A stretch of 64,000 bases of DNA from positions 6,944,001 to 7,008,000 of the forward strand of contig CM059432.1 of assembly GCA_030390025.1 (NCBI GenBank), read 5' to 3'. The notes under the pieces were generated by a model, which saw nothing but the letters and a program-made list of their open reading frames with translations, had not been told where the DNA came from and searched no databases. Below, in pieces: positions 12,845 through 25,470 of this stretch. Origin of the DNA: Squalus acanthias (taxonomy: Eukaryota). The first letter of the stretch is position 1. Each line of letters begins with the position of its first letter. Made by a program: the position numbers and the translations under genes.

Positions 12845-13570
12845 AATTCTTTCATGGGATGTGGGCGTCGCTGGCAAGGCCAGCCTTTATTGCCCATCCC
12901 TAGTTGCCCTTGAGAAGGTGGTGGTGAGCCGCTGCAGTCTGTGTGGTGAAGATACTCCCACAGTGCTGTTAGGGAGGGAATTCCAGGATTTTGACCCAGC
13001 GACGATGAAGGAACAACTATATATTTCCAAGTCAGGATGGTGTGTGACTTGGAGGGGAACTTGGAGGTGGTAGTGTTCCCATGCGGCCGCTGCCCTTGTC
13101 CTTCTAGGTGGAAGAGGTCACGGGTTTGGGAGGTGCCTTGGCGAGTTGCTGCAGTGCATTTTGTAGATGGTGCACACTGCAGCCACGGTACTCTGGTGGT
13201 AGAGGGAGTGAATGTTTAAGGTGGTGGATGGGGTGACAATCAAGTGGGCTGCTTTGTCTTGGATGGTGTCGAGCTTCTTGAGTGTTGTTGGAGCTGCACT
13301 CATCCAGACAAGTGGAGAGTATTCCACCACACTCCTGACTTGTGCCTTGTAGATGGTGGAAAGGCATTGGGGAGTCAGGAGGTGAGACACTCGCTGCAGA
13401 ATACCCAGCCTCTGACCTGCTCTTGTTGCCACAGTATTTATGTGGCTGGTCCAGTTAAGTTTCTTGTCAATGGTGACCCCCCAGGATGTTGATGGTTGGG
13501 GATTCGGCGATGGTAACGCCGTTGAATGTCAAGTGGCGATGGTTAGACGCTCACTTGTTGGAGATAGTCA
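12845..13570 (-). mobile_element. LINE family X (CR1 superfamily) RT C-terminus and 3' end
   Basis: ORF RAGQRLGILQRVSHLLTPQCLSTIYKAQVRSVVEYSPLVW...LDTIQDKAA. Confidence 0.85.
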
Positions 13571-16522
13571 CTTGTGTGAAACGATTTGCATTTAATGTAT
13601 TTATCTTTCCACATTTTCAAGTAAAAAAAAAAATCAAGGGTAGTGTTTATGCCAAAGTAAGTCTCTTATGATATCATTAGACGATACAATCTGCAGATGT
13701 GCTGTATAATTTCTAGCAAGTGCAACTTAACAAGTTTTTCACTGCATTTTTCCTCACATTTTCACAGCAGTTAAACAATCAGCAGAGCTGTCTCCTGGTT
13801 TTTTACTGTAAATCTGTGCCTCCCACCCAATAGCCTTTGAGAGAGTTCCATGCATCATAAAATACTAGCAGATCTTTCTTGGCATTGCTCGCATTAAGTC
13901 AGGAGGTATGCTTTTTATAAGGACAGGGACGTATCATTCTGCTGGTAAAGTGGGCTCTGTATTCCTTTAAGGCCACAATGCCTGATTATTAAGTCAAAAT
14001 TGGCTCAAAGTTTGTTTAGTGAGGGAATGTTGCATGAAGTGAAAGTGCTCGTAAATACAAAACTGTTGGCCCGAAGCATTTAAGTGACTGCCATTCTCTT
14101 CTTTTTTTTTAACTGTAATTGCTAAGGTCAATTAAAGGGCACAGGCATTCAGACTCCCGTGTCAATGTAAAAAATTATAATTAAAAATATATAAATTATT
14201 AGTGGATCTCCTGATCTTTGGTTGCCATGGTCAGAGCGTACTGTTTTAGACCAACGGGGGTGTTATGTCGTATAATGCTCAATTTACTATCCGAGCCACT
14301 GATTTTATGGTGACGACACAAGTGAGATTCTATTTTGTTGCACGGGATTCTGTGAATTTCATTGTGTTTTGGAAATCAAATTCCATGACTGTTGTTCTTT
14401 GTAAACTGTAAATGAAAGGTCTTGGTTATATAGTCATACTTGTTTAACTTTGTATTTTGATTTTATCTCTTCCCTTGTTTAAAAGCCCAGTAGAGAGGAA
14501 GGTGGTCCCAAACATGTAACTGATCCAGGCTAGGTGCCTGGTGTTTAGCAACACTGGGAGTGATGGGGCACAGCAGCAGTTTTGGGAGCACTGGGCGGGG
14601 GTGGGATTTCTCATTTTGCCATAACTGGAGTTAGGCAGCGCTGAGATGACGGTGTTGGGGTTTGGCAGCACTGGGATAAGAGACTCTCTAGTTCAGCAGA
14701 ATTGGAGGTGTAATGTGGAGTTTGACTTAACTAGCGGACTCCTGGGATCCATCAGTATTGGGGAGGGGGCGGGGGTGGAGAAAGGGTATGGTCGGACAAC
14801 ATTGGGGAGCTGGCAGCACTGTTTCGCAAGACATTTCCACAGAAAAAGTGTTTCGTTATTTGTCCCGAGCATAGGAAGTAAATACTGTTTTCCTTAAATA
14901 GATGAATAGCATGGTGGAATGAAGATTCCACTCTCCATGTCCTTGATTCGCTGGAACAATAAATAAACACACTAAAACGTATTTTTATTTTCAATCAGCA
15001 AAATTCAGTCGGCACTTTGTGCAGCTTTTGTTAAGTCGGTGGCGGGGGTAGGTAGCGGTTTCAATTAGCATCGTCCGCGGAACTGCGACATTTTCCAAAG
15101 AATGTTGCAGTGAGGAAAACCTTGCCTAATAATGCTGCTCATATTGGTACCAGACTCTTTCAACCAGCCAGTGTTGTTGACAATCACAAATACTGCCAGA
15201 AACAACTTCAAAAAATATTTACCGCAGACAAGTGTTTCAAATTGGGGTTTTTGGATAAAAGTGAGCTATGTTTTATCAGATTGTAGAAATTACAGCCCAA
15301 AAGGTTTTTCTTTTTCAAATACTTAGCCAGTTCCCTTTTAAATTATCTTATAGTCTTTGCCTCATAGCCATTCATAGCATTCATGTTCTAATACCCCTCT
15401 GTATGAAAACATTTCTCCCAACTCGCCCCTTTGTTCTTCATGATGATCCCAAGTTCATACCCACTCGATATTAACGTCAATTTTTTTTCCATTATGATTA
15501 AACCTTACACGTTATCATCCGCACAGGCACTTCACGTCATCCTGTATACATAATGGAGCATCAACAGGGTTTAGACCAACTTGAAACCAGGGAAGTACGA
15601 TTTAGATTTTGGAAAAGCCCGTGTTAAACCAGCTACCCAAACTCAAAGTGAACTCAGGAGTGATTTGTTCCCCGTTCACTTGGTGTCACATAAATACACC
15701 CTCAGTAAAAACATGAATTAAGATGCGCCAACTTTAGAATTACGTTTAATCATTTTATTGTGAAGTATGTGCATTTTAACAAATCATATTTTGCACATTA
15801 TAAATTTTAGTTACTGAAGAAAAAATAGTCAGCTAAAATGTTTTCAAAAGTTGCCTTGAGTGATTTGATTGGTTTGCCGTTCTGTCTTCTCGTGGTAGGC
15901 TTCCTTTACTGATCATGCAGGACGAATGTTTTCATAAGCCACTAGTAGTTACTCATTGGCAGTTTTCTAACTGCTTTTTTTTGATTTGTACGTTCCTTAC
16001 CTCGTCAGTTTTGATCTTCTGTCTTTTTACTTTGAGTGAGTCAACAAAGTGCGATAGAGGAGGGTGACAGGAAAGTAGGAAGCATCATGATGAACTAAAA
16101 AATGAATTCTACCAAAATGACCTCAGAAAAAGTTGAAGTTCATGCCTTGACTTGCCTTTGAGGTTTTTTTTTAAATTCAAGCTCTGACTGCCAAGTCTTG
16201 TCAGTCAAAAAGGTTTCGAGAAGTCTTCTACACATGTGCATGTTGTGAGCTGTAACGTCCCAGTCTCTTCTGCTAATGCTGATGGTCTGCAAACTTGCAG
16301 CATCTCAAAGCTCAGACATCCCATACCTGCATAATCTCTGACAGGAAGCATTGTTATGGCATTTCATACCCAGAAGCTATTGTACAGATAAATAATTATT
16401 TTCTTGTAAACTTATTATCTCTCTTATATCAAACCTTTTCTCAGTTGTAACTCCTTAGGCTTGGTGAAAAAGCAAGCTCGCTGGTAAAAAGAACCTTAAA
16501 AGATTAGGAGCAATTTGATTGG

Positions 16523-17456
16523 GGATTAATTAAGAGGGGGAAAAATAGAATATGAGAGTAAGTTTGCAGGGAACATAAAAACTGACTGTAAAAGCTTCTA
16601 TAGATATGTGAAGAGAAAAAGATTAGTGAAGTCAAGCGTAGGTCCCTTGCAGTCAGAATCAGGGGAATTTATAATGGGGAACAAAGAAATGGCAGACCAA
16701 TTAAATACATACTTTGGTTCTGTCTTCACAAAGGAGGACACAAATAACCTCCCAGAGATGTCGGGGAACATAGGGTCTAATGAGAGGGAGGAATTGAATG
16801 AAATCAGTATTTGTAGGGAAATGGTGTTAGGGAAATTGATGGGATTGAAGGCCGATAAATCCCGAGGGCCTGATAATCTACATCCTAGGGTACTTAAGGA
16901 AGTGGCCCTAGAAATAGTAGATGCATTGCTGGTCATCTTCCAAAATTCTATAGACTCTGGAACAGTTCCCATGGATTGGAGGGTAGCTAATGTAACTCCA
17001 CTATTTAAAAAAGGTGGTAGAGAGAAAATGGGGAATTATAGACCGGTAAGCCTGACATCGGTACTGGGGAAAATGCTAGAGTCCATTATAAAAGATGTAA
17101 TAGCAGAGCACTTGGAAAACAGTGACAGGATCGGACAAAGTCAGCATGGATTTGCAAAAGGTAAATCATGCTTGACTAATCTACTGGAATTTTTTGAGGA
17201 TGTAACTGGTAGAATAGATAAGGGAGAACCAGTGGATGTGGTGTATTTGGACTTTCAGAAGGCTTTCAATAAGGTCCCGCATCAGAGATTAGCGTGCAAA
17301 GTTAAAGCACATGGGATTGGGGGTAAGGTACTGACTTGGATAGAGAACTGGTTGGCAGACAGGAAGCAAAGAGTTGGAATAAACGGGTCTTTTTCCGAGT
17401 GGCAGGCAGTGACTAGAGGGGTACCGCAGGGATCGGTCCTAGGACCCCAGCTATTC

Positions 17457-17496
<40 letters not shown>

Positions 17497-18450
17497 CTAG
17501 ACGAGGGAACTAGATGTAATATCTCCAAGTTTGCAGATGATACAAAGCTGGGTGGGCGTGTGTGCTGTGAGGAGGATGCAGAGAAACTCCAGTATGATTT
17601 GGACAGGTTGGGTGATTGGGCAGATGCAGTATAATGTGGATAAATGCGAGGTTATCCACTTTGGTGGCAAAAACAGGAAGACAGATTATTATCTGAACAG
17701 CAATAGATTGGGAAAAGGGGAAGTGCAACGAGACCTGGGTGTCCTTGTGCACCAGTCGCTGAAGGTAAGCATGCAGGTGCAGTAGGCGGTTAAGAAGGCA
17801 AATGGTATGTTGGCCTTCATAGCGAGAGGATTCGAGTACAGGAACAAGGATGTCTTGCTGCTGTTGTACAAGGCCTTGGTGAGACCACACCTTGAGTATT
17901 GTGTGCAGTTTTGGTCGCCTTATCTGAGGAAGGATGTTCTTGCCATGGAGGGAGTGCAGCGAAGATTTACCAGACTGATACCTTGGATGGCAGGAATGAC
18001 GTATGAAGAGAGATTGGGTCGATTAGGCTTATATTCGCTAGAGTTTAGAAGAATGAGAGGGGATCTCATTGAAACTTACAAAATTCTGACAGGACTAGAC
18101 AGACTAGATGCAGGAAGGATGTTCCCGATGGCGGGGGAGTCCAGAACCAGAGGACACAGTCTAAGGATAAGGGGTAAGCCATTTAGGACTGAGATGAGGA
18201 GGAATTTCTTCACCCAGAGAGTGGTGAACCTGTGGAATTCTCTACCACAGAAGGCAGTTGAGGCCAATTCATTAAATATATTCAAGAAGGTGTTAGATAT
18301 ATTTCTTAAGGCTAAGGGGATCAAGGGATATGGGGAAAAGGCAGGGACAGGGTACTGAATTTGGATGATCAGCCATGATCTCATTACATGGCGGAGCAGG
18401 CTCGAGGGGCTGAATGGCCTACTCCTGCTCCTATCTTCTATGCTTCTATA
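16523..18450 (+). mobile_element. 5'-truncated CR1 LINE ORF2, disrupted
   Basis: NYRPVSLTS, QHGF.KGKSCLTNLL, YLDFQKAF and [10 protein letters not shown]; (TA)16 expansion at 17461-17492; in-frame TAG near 17783. Confidence 0.96.
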
Positions 18451-18454
18451 CAAT

Positions 18455-19098
18455 TGGTATGTTGGCCTTCATAGCGAGAGGATTTGCGTACAGGAGCAAG
18501 GATGTCTTGCTGCAGTTGTACAGGGCCTTGGTGAGACCACACCTTGAGTATTGTGTGCAGTTTTGGTCGCCTTATCTGAGGAAGGATGTTCTTGCCATGG
18601 AGGGAGTGCAGCGAAGATTCACCAGACTGATACCTGGGATGGCAGGAATGACGTATGAAGAGATTTTGGGTCAATTAGGCTTATATTCGCTAGAGTTTAG
18701 AAGAATGAGAGGGGATCTCATTGAAACTTATAAAATTCTAACAGGACTAGACAGACTAGATGCAGGAAGGATGTTCCAGATGGCGGGGGAGTCCAGAACC
18801 AGGGGTCACAGTCTAAGGATAAGGGGTAAGCCATTTCTGACTGAGATGAGGAGGAATTTCTTCACCCAGAGAGTGGTGAACCGGTGGAATTCTCTACTAC
18901 ACAAGGCAGTTGAGGCCAACTCATTAAATATATTTAAGAAGGAGTTAGATATATTTCTTAAGGCTAAAGGGATCAAGGGATATGGGGAGAAAGCAGGGAC
19001 AGGGTACTGAATTTGGATGATCAGCCATGGTCTCATTAAATGGCGGAACAGGCTCGAGGGGCCGAATGGCCTGCTCCTGCTCCTATCTTCTATGTTTC
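18455..19098 (+). mobile_element. Second CR1 3' end in direct tandem with the previous copy
   Basis: Near-identical repeat of 17802-18450. Confidence 0.95.
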
Positions 19099-19184
19099 TC
19101 TTCCACGCTGTTGTTGAGTGGCAATCTTTGACCAGTATTTTATTTAAATTGCTGATTCTGCTTTTGAAATTCCTGCATATATCA

Positions 19185-19795
19185 GGGAGGTGCCGTCTTT
19201 CAGATGAGGCGTTAAACCAAGGCCCCGTCTGCTCTCTCGGGTGGATGTAAAAGATCCCATGGCACTATTTCGAAGAAGAACGGGGGAGTCTAGAACCAGG
19301 GGCCACAGCCCCAGGATAAAGGGTAGGCCATTCAGGACTGAGATGAGAAGAAATTTCTTCACACAGAGGGTGGTGAATCTTTGGAATTCTCTACCCCAGA
19401 GGGCTGTGGAGGCTCAGTCATTGGGTATATTCAAAACAGAAGTCGATAGATTTCTGACTAGTAAGGGCATCAAGGGATATGGCGATAGGTCCGGTGAATG
19501 GAGTTGAGGCAGAAGATCAGCCATGATCTCATTGAATGGCGGAGCAGTCTCGAAGGACCAAATGGCCTACTCCTGCTTCTATTTCTTATGTTATCCCCGG
19601 TGTCCTGGCCAATATTTATCCCTCAATCAACATCACTAAAACACATTATCACATTGCTGTTTGTGGGAGCTTGCTGTGTGCAAATTGGCTGCCCCTTTTC
19701 CTACATTATAACAGTGACTACTCTTCTTTGGCTGTAAAGCACTTTGGGACGTCCTGTGGTCGTGAAAGGCGCTATATAAATGCAAGTCTTGTTTC
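19185..19795 (+). mobile_element. DeuSINE interrupted by a CR1 3' fragment (19281-19590)
   Basis: The SINE breaks at gaagaagaa|cgggggagtctagaacc and resumes at ttatccccggtgtcctggcc. Confidence 0.88.
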
Positions 19796-20043
19796 TTTTA
19801 TTGCTGCGTACCTGTTCAGCTTTGATTGGTTGCTGTTTTATGAATACAAAATTTCAACCAATGAAGTGCAAGTATGACAGGAAATTTGCATGAGTTAGAG
19901 TGTGATAGGCAACATGTGCATTCTTACCATTATATTATTTTGTAATTTGATCTCTTGTGGTATTGCTCCTTGATGAAATGATGGGTAATAATAAAAGGGG
20001 TGAAGTTATAAATTAGGAAATGTGATTTTTTTTTATTGTAGTG

Positions 20044-20425
20044 AAACATAGAAACATAGGAGATAGGAGCAGGAGTAGGCCATTCGGCCCCTCGAGCCTG
20101 TTCCGCCATTTAATGAGATCATGGCTGATCATCCAAATTCAGTACCCTGTCCCTGCTTTCTCCCCATATCCCTTGAGCCCTTTAGCCTCAAGAAATATTT
20201 CTAACTCCTTCTTGAATATATTTAATGAATTGGCCTCAACTGCCTTCTGTGGTAGAGAATTCCACAGGTTCACCACTCTCTGGGTGAAGAAATTCCTCCT
20301 CATCTCAGTCCTAAATGGCTTACCCCTTATCTTTAAACTGTGACCCCTGGTTCTGGACTCCCCCGCCATCGGGAACATCCTTCCTGCATCTAGTCTGTCT
20401 AGCCCTGTTAGAATTTTATAAGTTT
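20044..20425 (-). mobile_element. CR1 3' fragment, same subfamily as 16523-19098
   Basis: Minus ORF MFPMAGESRTRGHSLKIRGKPFRTEMRRNFFTQRVV. Confidence 0.93.
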
Positions 20426-21024
20426 TATAAGTGAAGAGTTCGATGAATTCTAAAAATGTATTCTTTATACGGACGGTTTAACATTTTCTGAGTAAATTGA
20501 CTTATTAAATACTGGAAATAAAAAATAATTATTGATTGCAGCAAATAATTAATTTTAAAATGTGAGCAATTAATTGTGAAATGAAGTAAGTGAATTGAAA
20601 TGATGTGGTGGAAGGAGGCTCGAGTGGCGCATAAACAGAGAGTAATTGGGCTCAGTGGCCTGTTTCTGTGTTGTGTAATGAGCAACCTTGTGAATTATAA
20701 CATTGAGTTTCAAGTTTATTAATTACAAGTTGGACTTCAAATTTGAGATGGCAAGTAACAACAGTAACTTTAAAAACCGAATGCTTTTTGGAAGTAGCTT
20801 AATTTTAAGGTGGGACGAATGACTTCAGTATGACTCAGCAACATATTGAGTAATGCAGTTCTAAAATGGAAGGTGCTGGTATGGTGGGCCTCAGTGGACC
20901 TGAAGAGGTGATTTGGGCGCCCAGAGTGGTTACGTGTGGATTTATAGCGCCTTGGATGGAAACAAAGTGGGGCTATGGAGGAGGGAGGGTGGAACGGAGA
21001 GTCTGGTCTCGCCAATAAATGTTA

Positions 21025-21240
21025 ACAACAACAACTTGCATTTATATAGCGGCTTTCACGTAATAAAACGACCTGAGGCGCTTCACAGCTGCCTTCTCAA
21101 GCAAAATTTGACACCGAGCCACGTAAGGAGATGTTAGGGCAGGAGAGAGAGGTTTTAAGGAGCGTCTTGAAGGAGGAGGGAGAGTTGGAGAGGCAAAGAG
21201 GTTTCGGGAGGGGTTTCCAGAGCTTTGGGTCCAGGCAGAG
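21025..21240 (-). mobile_element. L2 3' tail fragment
   Basis: Begins aacaacaacaacttgcatttatatagcg. Confidence 0.75.
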
Positions 21241-21514
21241 TAAACACAGCGGGTGTGGGAGGAGCAGCAGCAGACTGAGAAGGCTGGGTTCAGATATAAC
21301 AGCCCAGGATTAAAAAGAGTTTTTTTCAAAGCAACGTACAATGTTTATGCTGTAACGGTCACTTTTTGTGCTTCAGGCTCACGGACTCTAGCCCGAAAGC
21401 AGATTAGCCTCCAGTCCAGGAGGTGGGAACTGTGATTTTTTTTCAGTCAGCAGTTAAACAAACCTCGCGCTTTTTCATTACTTCCTTGTTATTTATTTCT
21501 GTTTATGGAATCGG

Positions 21515-22160
21515 CTTTTACCACCTTTTCCGGTCGAGCATTCCAGATCCCGACAACTCTGAGTGAAAAAAATTTCTCCTCATCTCTCCTCCAGATCTTT
21601 TGCCAATGATTTTGAATCTATGACCTCTGGTTATTGACCCGCTCGCCAGAGGGAATAATTTCTCTCTATCTACTCTGTCAAAACCTCTCATCATCTTGAA
21701 AACCTCTATTAGGTCACCTCGTAACCTTCTTTGTTCCAAGGAGAACAGTCCTAACTTTTCCAACCCCTCCTCATAACTGAAGTCCCTCATCCCCAGTAAC
21801 ATCCTGGTAAACCTCCTCTGCACCCTTTCTAATGCCTTGACATCTTAGCTGAAGTGTGGTGTCCAGAATTGTCCATAATACTCCAGCTGAAGCCTAACCA
21901 GTGATTTGTAAAGTTGTAGCGTGATCTCTTTGCTTTTATATTCTATTCTTCTATTTATAAACCCAAATAACTTTGCCAAGTTTTGTATAATCTGCAAACT
22001 TTATAATGCTGCTCCCTACGCCCGAGCCTAGGTTGTTTATAAAAATTGAAGAGAGTAATGGACCCAAAATTGACCCTTGGGGAACACCACTGCAAACTAC
22101 CTCCCAGTCTGAAAAACATCAATCCACCACCACCCTTTACTTCCAGTCACTGAGCCAGTC
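21515..22160 (-). mobile_element. Older CR1 fragment(s)
   Basis: QRRFTRMLLGMR...RRLRGDLIEVFK, with GVPQGSILGP-like sequence near 22070. Confidence 0.8.
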
Positions 22161-22469
22161 GTTGTTAGTGCCAACTTTGCTCACTAGTTGTCCTCCTGAC
22201 TAAGAAGGTCATGGGTTCACGCCAAGGCTTCAGCGCATCATCTAGAAAACACATCAGTCCAGCACTGCATTCTTTGAGGTGTCATTTATCAGATTAGTTG
22301 CTAAACTGAGACCCTGTCTGTCTGTTCAACTGAACGTAAAAGATCCTACGTCAAGAAGAGCAGGAGGTTCTCCTGGTGTCTTGACCAATAATCCTGCCTC
22401 AACCAACATATACAACCCCTCCCCCCACCCCACCCCACCACGAACTCTCTGTTCCTCTCATAGAAACAT

Positions 22470-22683
22470 GATGTGGAGATGCCGGTGTTGGACGGGGGTG
22501 GACAAATGTGAGAAGTCGCACAACACCAGGTTATAGTCCAACAATTTTATTTGAAATCACAAGCTTTCGGAGCGCTGCTCCTTCATCAGGTGAAGTATTC
22601 ACCTGACGAAGGAGCAGCGCTCCGAAAGCTTGTGATTTCAAATAAAACTGTTGGACTATAACCTGGTGTTGTGCGACTTCTCA
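22470..22683. mobile_element. Penelope-like element remnant: inverted pLTR pair (86-bp arms 22509-22594 / 22598-22683), each arm with a minimal hammerhead motif
   Basis: Near-perfect palindrome with a 3-nt loop; TCAC-CTGACGA-A-GGAGC-AGC-GCTCC-GAAA-GCTT-GTGA at 22599-22635; tctcatagaaacat occurs at both 22456-22469 and 22679-22692. Confidence 0.8.
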
Positions 22684-22915
22684 TAGAAACATAGAAGATA
22701 GGAGCAGGAGTAGGCCATTCGGCCCCTCAAGCCTGCTCTGCCATTTAATGAGATCATGGCTGATCATCCAAATTCAGTACCCTGTCCCTGCTTTCTCCCC
22801 ATATCCCTTGATCCCTTTAGCCTGAAGAAATATATCTATCTCCTTCTTGAATATATTTAATGAATTGGCCTCAACTGCCTTCTTGGTAGAAAATTCCACA
22901 AGTTCGCCACTCTCT
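22684..22915 (-). mobile_element. CR1 3' fragment, followed by an L2 3' end on + at ~22920-23180
   Basis: CR1 tail ggagcaggagtaggccattcggcccc; L2 tail aaaggcactgtgtaaatgccagttgtt. Confidence 0.85.
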
Positions 22916-23771
22916 GTCTGGCTTTTTGTGCATTTTGCCCTACCGTGCCTTTAGCTGTCTGTGCCCACGTTCTGGAGCTCCCTCCCGAAAGCTCTCCATC
23001 TCCCTTTCCTCTTTTAAGACCCTCCTCAAAACCCACCTCTTCGACCAAGCTTTTGGTCACCTCTCCTAAAATTTCCATTTTTGGCGCGGCATCCATTTTG
23101 GTCTGATGAGACCTCTGTGAAGCGCCGTGGGACATTCTTCTACATTAAAGGCACTGTGTAAATGCCAGTTGTTATTGCTGCATTTAAAAATTAACACGTA
23201 CAATTTGCATATGAGCCGATCAAGTGGAAGACATTTGCATACGAGCCAATTAATGCGATACTTGCCTTGGAATTTGTGTGTCATTAAGTGTGATGTGAAA
23301 ACGATTTCACTTATTATATTTTTTATATATAAACAGATTGGAATTCTAGCATTTATGGGAGCAGAGGCTTGAGTGAAGAAGAAAATATTTTGACTATATT
23401 TAGCTAAACTAGTCTGTTTTGAAATCAAACATGTCTCAATCTCACTCACCCAGGGCGGATTCGTTCTTCCCAGAACACAATCCTAATGCTCCATTTTCCT
23501 GTAACATCTGTGTGGTGGCCTTTCTGGGATGCTGCTTACTGCACTCGCTTTTCAGTTTTCCATTGAATATTTATGAAGCCATTTTGCTCGAAAAAAATCT
23601 TTGCAGGATGAAAGTTGTGTCCAAATCAAAATAATCCCAGAAAGGTGTTGCTGGTAATACTATCATGAGAGAAAAGTGGTATCTTTACTGTTTGTAGCTC
23701 TGTGTAACCTTGTTTGTATATTTGTGTTTCACTGGCCAGTTTACCCATCATTTCTTTGTATTGGAAATGTT

Positions 23772-23909
23772 GGGCTAGAAATTCATCTTGGGCGGTGGCG
23801 TAAAATGGACGGTATTGGATCGACCGTCCATTAGGGCGCTGCGTACAACAGGTGGCCGACCCGATACCGCCCCCGTTTTGCGCCACTGCTCGAGACGAAT
23901 TTCTCGGCC
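23772..23909. mobile_element. 138-bp hairpin MITE, Harbinger-type
   Basis: Long imperfect TIRs GGGCTAGAAATTCATCTTGGGCGGTGGCG... / ...CGCCACTGCTCGAGACGAATTTCTCGGCC; perfect 3-bp TSD GTT (23769-23771, 23910-23912). Confidence 0.85.
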
Positions 23910-24894
23910 GTTACGTCTGACCAGCAGAAGGGATTACCTTTCTTATTGCCATTAAAACTGCACGATCAACCTTATAGGTGCAAGAGTTTATTTTATTCTT
24001 ATTAAACAGGTATGTGGGATATATTTCTTTCTTTTAGAGGAGGTATTGTGCATGCTGAAAAGGAATTTTTAGTAGTGTAAATTTATTAGGTGTTCCACCC
24101 AATAAATCTGTCTATAACATAAAGCATCGCCAAGCTGCAAAACTTCCTAAAGGGCCAAAGGCACAATAAATTTATTTGTGGTAAATTCACAGTGTTTCAC
24201 TAGTTACAAGTCTAGGGTAATTAAACCACGCATTCATCTGGACAACCAGCTGTTCTTTTTAACATTCAGATGAAACAAAGGGACGTAAATAAGTTGAAAT
24301 AATCTACAAAGCCTCTGTTGATGGCAAATATGTGCAGAACTCTCAGTTCTTTTATTCCTGCTTATTGCGTTAAAATGACAAAATAAGCGTTGACAATTAA
24401 ATTGCACCACATCTGTAAATGAGACCAATTAATTGGTCTGTGGAACGCTATCACTCATCATTAAGAGGACTATTTAAGTTCTTGGCTTCTGAATTCTGGA
24501 GAACATTTGCGAGCCTGAGTTTGCCAGCTGTTGCTGGTACTCCCAAGGAGACTATTAGCCATGTCAAAGGCTCTGAGACTAGGCAGTTATTAGAAAAGGG
24601 GTTGCGGTGGGGGGGCGGGGGAATGATATGTTTAGTGAACGGTTTCACTGAGAAACTGCATATTCCCTTGGGATCTATTAGTACCAACAATGCTTATAAT
24701 AACATCACTTGCGTTGTAAAATCTATTTTTAAGATGCTCCAATTTGTTGGTAGTTTCAGCTTTGTTCAGGTTGCATCTGCTCAAACCTTTTGTTGAAAAC
24801 AGCGTCCGTTTTATCAGGTACTTGCGTCAACAGTGATGGTCCTGCACGAATATTTGGATCATTAGGCTGACCCTGCTCAGTAAAACTGTCCTGG

Positions 24895-25470
24895 TGGATG
24901 GCACCCCAAACACCACCTTAAATATTCACTCCCTCCACCACCGGCGCACCGTGGCTGCAGTGTGCACCATCTACAAGATGCACTGCAGCAACTTGCCAAG
25001 GCTTCTTCGACAACACCTCCCAAACCCGCGACCTCTCCCACCTAGAAGGACAAGGGCAGCAGGCGCATTGGAAGTGATATGGGGATAGTGCAGGAAAGTG
25101 GAGTTGAGGTAGAAGATCAGCCATGACCTTATTGAAAGATGGAGCAGGCTCGAAGGGCCGAATGGCCTACTCCTGCTCCTGTTTCTTATGTTCTTATGTT
25201 TACGATGGAGTAAACCCAGGCTTGTAACGTGGGAATACCACCACCTGCAAGTCGCACACCATCCCGGCTTGGAAATATATCGGCCGTTCCTTCATCGTCG
25301 CTGGGTCAAAATCCTGGAACTCCCTCCCTAACAGCACTGTGGGAGCACCTTCACCACACGGACTGCAGCGGTTCAAGAAAGCGGCTCACCACCAACTTCT
25401 CAAGGGCAACTAGGGATGGGCAATAAATGCCGGCCTTGCCAGCGATGCCCACATCCCTGGAATGAATAAA
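24895..25470 (+). mobile_element. LINE family X 3' end interrupted by a CR1 tail (~25075-25200)
   Basis: IHSLHHRRTVAAVCTIYKMHC; ends ccttgccagcgatgcccacatccc...aataaaa. Confidence 0.8.

Noticed and set aside
24770..24817. Short AG/GT-bounded frame LHLLKPFVENSVRFI
   Set aside because: Weak splice sites, and not a VPS13B sequence I recognise.
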